40,245 nucleotides of DNA from a virus. Below are positions 25,603 through 33,621 of the stretch, in pieces (position 1 is the stretch's first letter; each line of letters opens with the position of its first letter). Location: the IMG/VR virus record IMGVR_UViG_3300009156_000017. One strand, written 5' to 3'. The position numbers were made by a program, and so were the translations under genes. A model generated the notes under the pieces. It was given only the letters and a program-made list of their open reading frames with translations. It was not told the origin of the DNA and searched no databases.

Positions 25603-25877
25603 TTTCTGATAGGTTTATTTTCCTTGATTATTTTTTCCTTTTCGACAATGGACTTCTCTAGCTTCTGCTTGTCCACCTTGCGCTCATCGAAATCCGTCTG
25701 CCGGGGATCAGGTTTTCCCTTTGGCTTTTTGCTTTTCTTGCTTTTCATAAATTCTTGGGTTTTCATTATACCCTGCACACCTTTTGGCGTTGTGACTTTC
25801 AACCACTTCAGGAAGGCATCAAAGGATTTCCTGAGTTGTAGCCGTTCACTTAGCACCCTTGGATTTTCCTTTTTCAT
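25599..25877 (-). CDS. Lys/Glu-rich small protein (92 aa)
   Basis: ATG ORF between portal and protease. Highly charged. Confidence 0.45.
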   Translation of the reverse strand: MKKENPRVLSERLQLRKSFDAFLKWLKVTTPKGVQGIMKTQEFMKSKKSKKPKGKPDPRQTDFDERKVDKQKLEKSIVEKEKIIKENKPIRK

Positions 25878-26121
25878 CTTTGTCGTCCTCCTCTTTTTCC
25901 TCTTTGCTCTTTCCCTTTTTCAGTTCTTCCTTGAGTTGGAGATTCCGTTCGCGTATACTTCCTCCGACAATACCGGAGGGAAATTCCCGCTCGCCCTTTT
26001 CGATCATCTCGGCTTTGACTTCGAGATTGCGATCGCGCTGGGTCTTCTTATTCCTGAGTTGTGAGCCGATACTTTTATTTTTTTCGGCCTCCTCTGCTGA
26101 GTCTTCTTTCTTCTTTGCCAT
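25846..26121 (-). CDS. Lys/Glu-rich small protein (91 aa)
   Basis: ATG ORF directly after the portal gene. Internal duplication RDRNLEVKAE / RERNLQLKEE. Confidence 0.45.
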   Translation of the reverse strand: MAKKKEDSAEEAEKNKSIGSQLRNKKTQRDRNLEVKAEMIEKGEREFPSGIVGGSIRERNLQLKEELKKGKSKEEKEEDDKDEKGKSKGAK

Positions 26122-26127
26122 AGGTTT

Positions 26128-27366
26128 TTAGTTTTGTTTTTGCGTATCGATTCCGTACTTCACCAGCTCGGCCTGGTATTGTTCAATGGTAATGGCCTCG
26201 TCCATGTATGCCTTCGACAACGCCTCGACTACTGTTTTAAGAGCGGTGCCATGCTGGTTCAAATCGTCTTGGAAAATGGGGAGGTGGGAAAAGTCCGCGA
26301 TGATACGGTCGGTGGTTCCTTCCAGAAGCCGGGCCGTCATCGCTGCAGCTCGCTCGTTGGCTTCCGGGATTATTGTTCTGAGGTACAATCCTTTTTCTGC
26401 CTGCTTCTGGTTTTCGAAAGTGGAGCCTTCCTTGGAGGCGAACATCTCAGGTGGTATACCGAAGGCATCCAGGATCCTATCGAAGTCCTTTTCGATTTCT
26501 TCGAATAGCCCCAGGCGATCCGGGTTGACACCCATCTGCTGCCATTTGAGATTCGAGTCCGAGATGATGATTTGATATTGATCATGGAGGCCGCCGTATT
26601 TCATGTATTCTCCCTGCAGTCGCTCGCGCTCACCCGGAGCAAGCGGCAAAGGCGATCCGGTGCCATCCCTCCCAGCGTTGCCAAGGATCCCCAGCGCCCC
26701 GCGATGTTTTAGAATGACGCCACGAGATTCATAGGCCATCTTTATGTTGTTGATAATGGGGGTCAGGGGTTTGAGCTTCGACTCCCCGGTAAGGATCTCC
26801 TTGTCGGAGGCGCTCTTGATGGTAACCCGGTTATCGTTGAGGTGAATGATTTGATCCGAGTCGATCTCTTTCTGCTGGTTGTTTTCGTATTTTAAAATGT
26901 ACTTGACCGATTCGGGGGCGTCCTTGTAAAAGAAGAAGGGGATCTTCTCGTTGTATTCGACGGTGACTAGATTGGGAGGCAGGGTAAAAATCCTGGTGAT
27001 TTTTTTAGCCATGCCCACGGGGAAAAACAAATACATGAATTCATTTCCGTAGATCTCGTGGAATAAAACCGACTGCCGGATCCATTCCTTCTGGGCCTGA
27101 AACCAGTTCGGACTTCGGAGCACCGGGGAGATCTCCGTTTCCTTATCGTTGCCATCCTTGTCAACGCATTTGTAGATTCCGTTTGAATGAGCGCGGGCCT
27201 TTAAGTTGATCGCCGCATTGACCTCGGGGACGCAGTTGAAGGCGTCGAGGTAATCGATTTCGTTCCAGGTATTATGGGTTGAAGCGAAGCGATAGAACCA
27301 CCCCGGCCCCCATTTTTTTGGACGCCATAAGTTTGTGAATATCCGCCCCCAACCTGATAAGTTCAC
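26128..27366 (-). CDS. Portal protein (412 aa), GTG start
   Basis: Size, position and HEIYGNEFMYLFFP...IFTLPPNLVTV resemble HK97-family portals. The only start in frame is a GTG preceded by aaaaaaatat. Confidence 0.75.
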   Translation of the reverse strand: MNLSGWGRIFTNLWRPKKWGPGWFYRFASTHNTWNEIDYLDAFNCVPEVNAAINLKARAHSNGIYKCVDKDGNDKETEISPVLRSPNWFQAQKEWIRQSVLFHEIYGNEFMYLFFPVGMAKKITRIFTLPPNLVTVEYNEKIPFFFYKDAPESVKYILKYENNQQKEIDSDQIIHLNDNRVTIKSASDKEILTGESKLKPLTPIINNIKMAYESRGVILKHRGALGILGNAGRDGTGSPLPLAPGERERLQGEYMKYGGLHDQYQIIISDSNLKWQQMGVNPDRLGLFEEIEKDFDRILDAFGIPPEMFASKEGSTFENQKQAEKGLYLRTIIPEANERAAAMTARLLEGTTDRIIADFSHLPIFQDDLNQHGTALKTVVEALSKAYMDEAITIEQYQAELVKYGIDTQKQN

Positions 27367-27481
27367 ATATTTTTTTAATCGCTTAGGCGATCAGTTGCAA
27401 AGCTTATTTTTTTTCATGACTCTACACGGTCATAAACTTGTCACTTTGCTGGTGGAACAGTAGCGTTATGGTTGTGTTTTG

Positions 27482-27522
27482 AAAAAAAGTTGTGCGCGGA
27501 GTGTCTTGGCGCACGTATTTTT
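27482..27522. terminator. Bidirectional intrinsic terminator in the terminase-portal gap
   Basis: GTGCGC (27492-27497) pairs with GCGCAC (27509-27514) around an 11-nt loop. A7 lies upstream (T7 on the minus strand) and T5 downstream. Confidence 0.55.
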
Positions 27523-27653
27523 GATTATGAAATTCATCGATTGGCTTGCAGAGCTCTACCAAGATCGCCCTACTTTGATGACGGCGCTGGCGATCGGATT
27601 TTATTGCGCCTGCATTGCGCTGTCGGTTTGGTTCCACGTTACCTTGATACGAT

Positions 27654-28811
27654 TTATCTGCAGTTGCTCATGACCGCATACCGGGCGGCATCCCAGAGGT
27701 GGTTAAACTCATCCACCGGCTCGTCGAGTTTGATGCCGTGGATCTCCCGGTATTTATAGTTGGCCTGTTCCTTCCGCCATTCGGGGCAATCGATAATATG
27801 GATTTTGTATTTTTTGAGCAGGGAGATCCCGTAGGTAATGGCCCCCGGAAACTTCCGAACGCCAAGGACCATGAGCCCCGCCCGTCGGCAGTCGGCAATA
27901 TAGCCCGGCTCGGCGCTGTCGGCCCAACACAGGCCCTGGGTTGGAACGGCGGCCCGGACCAGGGGAATATACTCGTTAGGGGAAGGCGTCGGCTCATAGG
28001 CCAGCTTTTGTAGGTATAGGTTATCCCCGTTAACGCCCACTTTTACTACCGTAGAAGGGCTGTTGGTTTTGCCAATATCGGAGCCGTAATAAATCCGCTC
28101 GATGCCCGTAGGAAATTCTTGCAGCCAGGTAACATGCTGAAAGATCAATCCTTCCGGGGCCGATCGTAAACCCAATCCGTAGACCGCCCACATGTAATCA
28201 TCGGCGGTACCCTGGTCGATATTTGCCTGCGTTGGCTGGTAGGATAAAATCTTTCTTCGCTCGGCTGCCGAGATGTATGGGTTGTCCAGGAAGGTTGTCT
28301 TCTTGAAGGCCATATCCTTGCGCGTGCAAAACTTATCGTAGACATAATGATCAGTAGTCTTAGGGTTGTAATCGCCCCACCAGAATTTACGACAGCGCAT
28401 TTCCGCCTGATCAACGACGGCCTGTGGTACGTCGAGCCACTCGTTTACAAAAAAGTAATCGCAGGATGAGCCGTGGAACTTACTCTCGTTGTCGGCTCCC
28501 AAAAGGTGGATGGTATTTCCGAAGATATAAAACTGCGAAATCTCCTGGCGGTTTTGGAATGGCGATCGGATCCCGTACATGGGCAGGCGCCTATTGAAGT
28601 CCTCGTATAGGGTGGTCTTAAAGGAGTTGTAGGTTTCCTTTATGATTTTGATGGTGGCGTTCGTTTCGCGTTTGGTACAAAGCCAAATGATAAAATCGAT
28701 ACTCCCCCAGGTCTTCGTGCTACGGGCGGATCCTTCAAGGATGGCCCCGCTATACCCCAGCTTAAACGCGTGGAGGAGGTGGAGAAAGTTCGGTGAGATT
28801 TTGCGTTTCAT
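27654..28811 (-). CDS. terL: Terminase large subunit (385 aa)
   Basis: Walker-A-like EGSARSTKTW near the N-terminus. PBSX-type TerL length and position upstream of the portal gene. Confidence 0.8.
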   Translation of the reverse strand: MKRKISPNFLHLLHAFKLGYSGAILEGSARSTKTWGSIDFIIWLCTKRETNATIKIIKETYNSFKTTLYEDFNRRLPMYGIRSPFQNRQEISQFYIFGNTIHLLGADNESKFHGSSCDYFFVNEWLDVPQAVVDQAEMRCRKFWWGDYNPKTTDHYVYDKFCTRKDMAFKKTTFLDNPYISAAERRKILSYQPTQANIDQGTADDYMWAVYGLGLRSAPEGLIFQHVTWLQEFPTGIERIYYGSDIGKTNSPSTVVKVGVNGDNLYLQKLAYEPTPSPNEYIPLVRAAVPTQGLCWADSAEPGYIADCRRAGLMVLGVRKFPGAITYGISLLKKYKIHIIDCPEWRKEQANYKYREIHGIKLDEPVDEFNHLWDAARYAVMSNCR

Positions 28812-29118
28812 CTTCGAGCTCGATAGGGAATAGATCGGCGACGGCCTGGCGGGAATCTGAAAGGTCGATTTCCTGTTTCACCTTTCCATAGCTACGATCC
28901 AAGAGTAGCTCGGCGGCCCGTACATCGCCACGCGCTGCCTTGGCACGAATGGCACGAAGGATTACTTCCATAGCCGTAACGCCGTCGCGCTGCTCGCCCA
29001 TGATTTTATCGATGAGCTCGTCCAGGCCTGGCAATTTTTTCTTCCGCCCGGCTGGGTTTCCAGACTCGCCTTTCTTCCAGCGATTCCCTTTTCCGATTAC
29101 ATTTTCAGGATGCGGCAT
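28762..29118 (-). CDS. Putative terminase small subunit (DUF5681-like, 118 aa)
   Basis: N-terminal KKGESGNPAGRKKK motif. Located immediately upstream of, and overlapping, terL. Confidence 0.55.
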   Translation of the reverse strand: MPHPENVIGKGNRWKKGESGNPAGRKKKLPGLDELIDKIMGEQRDGVTAMEVILRAIRAKAARGDVRAAELLLDRSYGKVKQEIDLSDSRQAVADLFPIELEDETQNLTELSPPPPRV

Positions 29119-30304
29119 AAGTGGTTTGTTTGTCGATTGCTTCTCCGTTGCGCTTTATTTCCAGCTCAGGAAAGAACTTTGAAACCCGGTCTACGATGAT
29201 CTGGCAGAACTTTGGGTCGATTTCCATAGCGTAAACCTTGCGGCCCAGCTGTTCGGCGGCGATGATAGTTGTACCGGATCCGCAGAAGGGTTCGTACACA
29301 TCCCCGTCGTGGTTTTGTATGGGGCGGGCCATGCACTCGACCGGCTTTTGGGTACCGTGGAGCTGCGCCTCATCCTCGGCTTTTGATCGCTGGGTAGTAT
29401 GGATGGAGTCAATATCCCAGATCGTTGTTTGCTTGCGATCGCCAGCCCAGTTTCCCTTTGACCCTTTCTTTACCGCATACCAGCAGGGCTCATGCTTCCA
29501 GTGGTAATCGCCTCGGGACATAACCATTTGATCCTTATTCCAAATGATCTGGCTGCGCATTTCGAAGTCGCATTTTTCCAGGGAGGTTTGAACGGCGGCG
29601 GCAAATTTTCCTGCGTGCCATACGTAAGCAACCTTTGAAGGAGCGAGGGCCCAGGCCTCCGTCCAATCGACCCGGTTGTCGTTGGTAACTTCCTGCACTC
29701 GCGGGCTATTATTTACTCCGGCTTCATGGCGCCAGGAGGGTTTGTAGTTTACGCCGTATGGAGGATCGGTAACCATAAGGTAAGGTTCCTTTCCCGCCAG
29801 GAGTTTGGCTACATCATCGGGCGAAGTTGAGTCGCCGCATAGCAAGCGGTGGTTGCCAATTTCCAGAAGGTCGCCAAGTATTATGTCGGTTTCAATGTCG
29901 GCTGGGATTTCGTATTCATCCTGGCGAACGGGGCCACGCATGAAAGCGGGAATATCCACGCCCCACTCGGCAAGCTTTCCAAGATCCCACTCGTCGGCTT
30001 TTATTATTTCCCAATCCCACTCGCCGTAACCGACGTTATCTTTTATGATAAACTCCTTTAGTTCTTCGGGGGTAAAGTTTTGAGCCTGATGAACCCAATG
30101 GTCCGGGAGCTCCTTGTATCCCAATTCCAGCAGGGCCCGGTAACGCATGTTTCCGCCGATGATAATATTTTGCTCATCCACGATGATAGGTCGGACGTCG
30201 AGCATCTTGGGGAATTTTTCTATTGATTGGACCAGGGCCTTGAACTTGGCGTCCTTGATGAGCCTGGGGTTGGCGGGGTTGATTTTGATATCCGTTGCTT
30301 TCAT
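29105..30304 (-). CDS. ParB-like nuclease domain fused to a beta-class N6A/N4C DNA methyltransferase (399 aa)
   Basis: The ATG at 30304 (MKATDIKINPANPRL) begins a ParB-N-like segment IIIGGNMRYRALLELG. It is followed by TDPPY (motif IV) and, later, FCGSGTT (motif I). Confidence 0.8.
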   Translation of the reverse strand: MKATDIKINPANPRLIKDAKFKALVQSIEKFPKMLDVRPIIVDEQNIIIGGNMRYRALLELGYKELPDHWVHQAQNFTPEELKEFIIKDNVGYGEWDWEIIKADEWDLGKLAEWGVDIPAFMRGPVRQDEYEIPADIETDIILGDLLEIGNHRLLCGDSTSPDDVAKLLAGKEPYLMVTDPPYGVNYKPSWRHEAGVNNSPRVQEVTNDNRVDWTEAWALAPSKVAYVWHAGKFAAAVQTSLEKCDFEMRSQIIWNKDQMVMSRGDYHWKHEPCWYAVKKGSKGNWAGDRKQTTIWDIDSIHTTQRSKAEDEAQLHGTQKPVECMARPIQNHDGDVYEPFCGSGTTIIAAEQLGRKVYAMEIDPKFCQIIVDRVSKFFPELEIKRNGEAIDKQTTYAAS

Positions 30305-30386
30305 AGTAGGTTGGTACAATGCGGCAACTTTGCTGGTACTATACGGGGGGAAACATGGCGCGGAAGGTTGAAAACCCGTTGCGCAC

Positions 30387-30415
30387 AAAAAAACCCGCCT
30401 GTGCACCGAGCGGGT
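30387..30415 (-). terminator. Intrinsic terminator on the minus strand in the leader of the late operon
   Basis: The minus strand reads ACCCGC-tcggtgcacag-GCGGGTTTTTTT, a 6-bp stem followed by T7. It lies about 85 nt upstream of the ATG at 30304. Confidence 0.55.
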
Positions 30416-30641
30416 TGAACCTTTTGAGACTTAGGAAGTTAGGCGTGAAAAATTCCTTTGAAAGTTTGAACCTACAACCGATTACTGATTGGTCAACCCA
30501 CTTTTTTTGCCGGTTTCGAAATCTAGCCAAATTCCCACTTTCTTCCTACTATCTTGCTAACACTCAAATCGTTCACGGTAACTTTACGGGTACTTTGTTG
30601 TTACTTAATAGGTGTTATATTGCTATTAAATGGGGGGTATT

Positions 30642-30661
30642 GGTTGCAAGACGGTTGCAAG
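30642..30661 (+). repeat. Tandem direct repeat GGTTGCAAG-ac-GGTTGCAAG upstream of int
   Basis: Exact 9-mers at 30642-30650 and 30653-30661, about 38 nt before the int ATG. Candidate arm-type or regulatory binding sites. Confidence 0.5.
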
Positions 30662-30698
30662 CGATCCGCCCCCAGCAAACGAAAACCATAAACGAAAA

Positions 30699-31994
30699 AT
30701 GTTAGTACTAAAAACCAAGCCGAGCATCTCGATCTTCCTGGACACCAGGCGGGCGCTCGCAAAGAAAGGCAAGTCCCTGCTTGCCGACAACGTGAAGGCT
30801 ACTATCTACCCGATACGGCTCAGGGCAAACTTCCAGCAAATGGAAAAGGGGGTTAAAAAATGGAAGCACGCGATCTTCTCCCTGGAGGAGTATTGTACGG
30901 AGGCCGACTACAAAGGGGCCAAGGCCTCCCGCGCCCGTACCGCCCGCCAGGAAGCTATACGGGAGAAGCTTATCGCCGCCGAGCAAAAGGCGGTTACTAT
31001 CCTGAAGGGCGCCGAGGTTATTACCAAGGAAGAATTCGCCTCGCTATTCAATACCTCGGGCAACTTGAAAACGGTCGACAGCGTTTTCGAAATCAAACTG
31101 GCCCAGCTGAAGAAAAACAAAAACCCCCCGACTACCCAGAAGTTTTATCGCGATACCCAGAAGGCCGTCAACGGGTTTGCCCCTGAGCTGCGCTTTGTAG
31201 AAATCACCGTTACCTGGCTGCAGGATTTCGAGGAGCATCTGAGGGCCAGCTGCAATTCCACAACGGTAGGGATGCACATGATTCACCTGCGGGCGATCTA
31301 TAACCTGGCCATGAAGAAGTTAAAAATTATCCACCGCGATCGGTATCCCTTCGGCATCGAGGGCGGCTATATCATCCCGGAAGGCGACTCGCGAAACTTT
31401 GCGCTCACCAGGGCGGAGAAGGAAAAGTTGGAGCAATTCAAAACGGAGGATCCTCATGTACGGTGGGCGGTGGATATGTGGCTGTTTTCTTTTTACTGCT
31501 ACGGACTGAACTTCGCCGATATCTACGGACTGAAGCGCGGGGAAATAGTCAACGATGAAATCCGGCGGAAGCGGGAGAAGGCAAAACGGGCCAAGGCCAA
31601 AAACTCCCACCTGGTAATACCGATCTCCAACCCCCGGATCCAGGCGATCATAAACAAGCATGGCGTTTTGAATTCGGATCCCGACGCATACGTTTTCCCT
31701 TTGTATACCAAGAGCATGAACGATGAGCAGAAGCGGGCGGCCCTGGACAAACTTTGCGGGGAAGTAAACGATGCTTTCTACGAGGTCGACGAGGCCATAG
31801 GGGTAAAGGAACATATTACCTGCTACGTTGCCCGGCATACCTTCGCGTGCGTATCGCGGGAGAATGGTAGGAGCATCGAGGAAATTTCAGAATGCCTTGG
31901 CCACGCTACCATTGAAATGACGCAGCGTTATTTGAACAGCTTTTCTACCAAGGTCAAACGCGAGCATAGCGATGAGCTGGTCGGGGTCGGATAA
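30699..31994 (+). CDS. int: Tyrosine recombinase / phage integrase (431 aa)
   Basis: The ATG at 30699 gives MLVLKTKPSISIFLDTRR...IYPIRLR, a Bacteroidota Arm-DNA-binding type N-terminus. The C-terminus carries ARHTFACVS ... LGHATIEMTQRYLN (the HxxR and catalytic Tyr region). Confidence 0.85.
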   Translation: MLVLKTKPSISIFLDTRRALAKKGKSLLADNVKATIYPIRLRANFQQMEKGVKKWKHAIFSLEEYCTEADYKGAKASRARTARQEAIREKLIAAEQKAVTILKGAEVITKEEFASLFNTSGNLKTVDSVFEIKLAQLKKNKNPPTTQKFYRDTQKAVNGFAPELRFVEITVTWLQDFEEHLRASCNSTTVGMHMIHLRAIYNLAMKKLKIIHRDRYPFGIEGGYIIPEGDSRNFALTRAEKEKLEQFKTEDPHVRWAVDMWLFSFYCYGLNFADIYGLKRGEIVNDEIRRKREKAKRAKAKNSHLVIPISNPRIQAIINKHGVLNSDPDAYVFPLYTKSMNDEQKRAALDKLCGEVNDAFYEVDEAIGVKEHITCYVARHTFACVSRENGRSIEEISECLGHATIEMTQRYLNSFSTKVKREHSDELVGVG

Positions 31995-32099
31995 AATGTT
32001 CCACGTGGAGTCAACCATAGTAACAGGAAAGTTACCGTGGAAAGGCGCAGGGATTTCCTACCTTTGCCGCTGCTAAAAGTGTTTCATGAATTTTCAAAG

Positions 32100-32130
32100 C
32101 CCCCAGGTTGGTGACTCGCCTGGGGGTTTT
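32100..32130. terminator. Intrinsic terminator between convergent int and the lysogeny operon
   Basis: CCCCCAGG (32100-32107) pairs with CCTGGGGG (32119-32126) around an 11-nt loop, followed by TTTT. It is weaker on the minus strand (CTTT). Confidence 0.7.
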
Positions 32131-32133
32131 CTA

Positions 32134-32301
32134 TTAGGTAAGCTTTATTATTTTGGCCCCTTCCTGCTGCAGCTGATCCTGGACCTCGGTCCATTTTTTT
32201 CCTAGCATCCAGACAACGTCCGGCGGGGCGGATATAACCTTTCCACCAGCGCAGATTATTGCGTAGGTCCGCTCCTGAAAAGTAACTCGGTACCAGACCA
32301 T
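32134..32301 (-). CDS. Small hypothetical protein (55 aa), below the ORF-track cutoff
   Basis: Hand translation gives MVWYRVTFQERTYAIICAGGKVISAPPDVVWMLGKKWTEVQDQLQQEGAKIIKLT. An in-frame TAG lies upstream, and the stop abuts the terminator hairpin. Confidence 0.5.
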   Translation of the reverse strand: MVWYRVTFQERTYAIICAGGKVISAPPDVVWMLGKKWTEVQDQLQQEGAKIIKLT

Positions 32302-32350
32302 TGTAGGGGAAATTCTTATAACAATATCCGACCCAATTTCGGGTTATTTC

Positions 32351-32614
32351 CTAATCGCAGGTGGCCTCCCTGGCCGTTGCCGCCTTCCGCATTGCTTCCT
32401 TGCGCGTGGCGGAGGAGGAAAGGATAATCGTTTTCTGTTCGCTAGTCAGCGACTCATGTTCGATGCGGTATTGAACGGCAGCATCTTCCGCCGCCAGATC
32501 CTTTTCCAACTGTTCCTGGATGGCCCGTTGGCATTCCATTTTATCGCCATCGGAATCCGAGCAGGAAAATAACAACAATGCCGCAAGGGCAACAGACAAC
32601 ATAGTGGTTTTCAT
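32351..32614 (-). CDS. Lipoprotein (87 aa), candidate moron / superinfection-exclusion factor
   Basis: Signal peptide MKTTMLSVALAALLLFSC with a lipobox. An acidic CSDSDGD follows the lipidated Cys. Sits between the repressor and int. Confidence 0.65.
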   Translation of the reverse strand: MKTTMLSVALAALLLFSCSDSDGDKMECQRAIQEQLEKDLAAEDAAVQYRIEHESLTSEQKTIILSSSATRKEAMRKAATAREATCD

Positions 32615-32649
32615 TTTTCGTTTTTGTTTATAGGAAGCAAATGTCGGGG

Positions 32650-33081
32650 CTACTTTCCCTCGCTACCTTGCTTAGTTAGATTTTTTATTACCTCCGACAG
32701 ATCTTGGAGCAGTTTGGCCTGGTCGGTCATTTGGGATTCAATTTTTTTAAAGGCGTCCTTGTGCATCAGAATGTAGTTCCCCAAATGGATGAGCCGGTGC
32801 AGCGCCTCGCTATCGGCCTCGCTATGGGAAACGAAAACTTTTCTCTCCGAGGGCAAGTTGTAGGATCCTCCATTTACGAATATTTCTCCCGAACCCTTCT
32901 CCCACCATTCTTCGCTTATAGCCATCTCCTGTATGAAGCGCCTGGTTGTTGTAGGGCGCATTTCCCGATTTTCGTTGTAGGCCTTCTCCAAGGTAGAGTT
33001 GAGCCCGGAAACCTCCCCCAATTTATAGAGGGCCAAGTTCCTGGCCCTTAGGATCTTATCTATTTTAGTTCGGAATTCCAT
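32650..33081 (-). CDS. CI-like HTH repressor (143 aa)
   Basis: N-terminal HTH-like RNLALYKLGEVSGLNSTLEKAYNENR. Divergent from the early operon. No S24 peptidase motif seen. Confidence 0.6.
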   Translation of the reverse strand: MEFRTKIDKILRARNLALYKLGEVSGLNSTLEKAYNENREMRPTTTRRFIQEMAISEEWWEKGSGEIFVNGGSYNLPSERKVFVSHSEADSEALHRLIHLGNYILMHKDAFKKIESQMTDQAKLLQDLSEVIKNLTKQGSEGK

Positions 33082-33164
33082 ACATTTTCTTACAAATTCG
33101 GTTGTTACTTTCCCGGAAAAGTACTTACTTTAGGCTATAATAAAATGCTATTTAGTAAATATTT
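33082..33164. promoter_or_regulatory. Divergent lysis-lysogeny switch region
   Basis: 83-bp gap between the divergent repressor and early genes. Near-palindrome TTTCC-c-GGAAA (33109-33119) is flanked by TTACTTT direct repeats (33105-33111 and 33125-33131). TACTTTAG is a -7-like box. Confidence 0.5.
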
Positions 33165-33413
33165 ATGGACGAAGTTATACAAAATTCCACGGACACAAAA
33201 CCCCCCCGGAAGAAAAGAACCTCCCGGCGGGATTCGGTCTTGGTATTATTTCGCGTTCCAAAGTTCGCTCACCGAAAAATGATTCTGTACCACCTCAAGC
33301 TACAGGCCGAGCGAAATAAGAAGGCCGTCCTCATGGACGCCTATACCGAAGGGATCATCGAATTTACCAGCACCCTAAAATTTGAAAACGATGCTCCGGC
33401 TGGACACCAGTAA
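33165..33413 (+). CDS. First early gene; possible ribbon-helix-helix Cro-like regulator (82 aa)
   Basis: Position opposite the repressor. Basic N-terminus followed by VLVLFRVPKFAHRKMILYHLKLQAE, a strand-helix pattern. Confidence 0.45.
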   Translation: MDEVIQNSTDTKPPRKKRTSRRDSVLVLFRVPKFAHRKMILYHLKLQAERNKKAVLMDAYTEGIIEFTSTLKFENDAPAGHQ

Positions 33414-33621
33414 TATCGATTACAAGCAGCTGAAGAAATGGCTCCGCCACGGGGACATAGCCCAGCTTGCTGAAAAGTTTCAGCTATCCCGATCGGCGGC
33501 CTACAAGGTTCTGAATGGCGAAACCAAAAACTTCGCTTTCCTACAGGCAGCCCTGGAGTTGGCGGGCGAAAATAAAGCCCGTACCGATGCGCTCATGAAT
33601 AAATTAAACCAAACTATATGA
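33382..33621 (+). CDS. HTH DNA-binding protein (79 aa), Cro/excisionase-like
   Basis: GDIAQLAEKFQLSRSAAYKVLNGE is a clear helix-turn-helix. Confidence 0.55.
   Translation: MKTMLRLDTSNIDYKQLKKWLRHGDIAQLAEKFQLSRSAAYKVLNGETKNFAFLQAALELAGENKARTDALMNKLNQTI

Noticed and set aside
25357-26064. 235-aa plus-strand ORF
   Set aside because: It is antisense to the protease and Lys/Glu-rich genes. The Phe/Ser/Leu-rich low-complexity product arises from the complement of GAA/AAG-rich codons.
27422-27637. 71-aa minus-strand ORF filling the terL-portal gap
   Set aside because: It has Arg/Gln/Thr-rich composition, spans the terminator hairpin and has no recognisable motif. It is kept only as a note in the gap finding.
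30305-30406. N-terminal 34-aa extension of the ParB-MTase ORF (track start 30406)
   Set aside because: The extension (MHRRVFLCATGFQPSAPCFPPYSTSKVAALYQPT) runs through the terminator hairpin. The ParB-like domain begins right after the ATG at 30304.
30630-30698. Upstream start for the integrase (track start 30630)
   Set aside because: The extension covers the GGTTGCAAG tandem repeats. The ATG at 30699 has the aaacgaaaaATG context and gives the typical Arm-domain N-terminus.
32000-32043. 10-bp palindrome TCCACGTGGA (32000-32009) and CCGTGGAAA (32035-32043, identical to part of the 789-802 palindrome) as regulatory or attP sites
   Set aside because: A single 9-10-mer match in 40 kb on two strands is within chance expectation. 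No supporting repeat structure was found.
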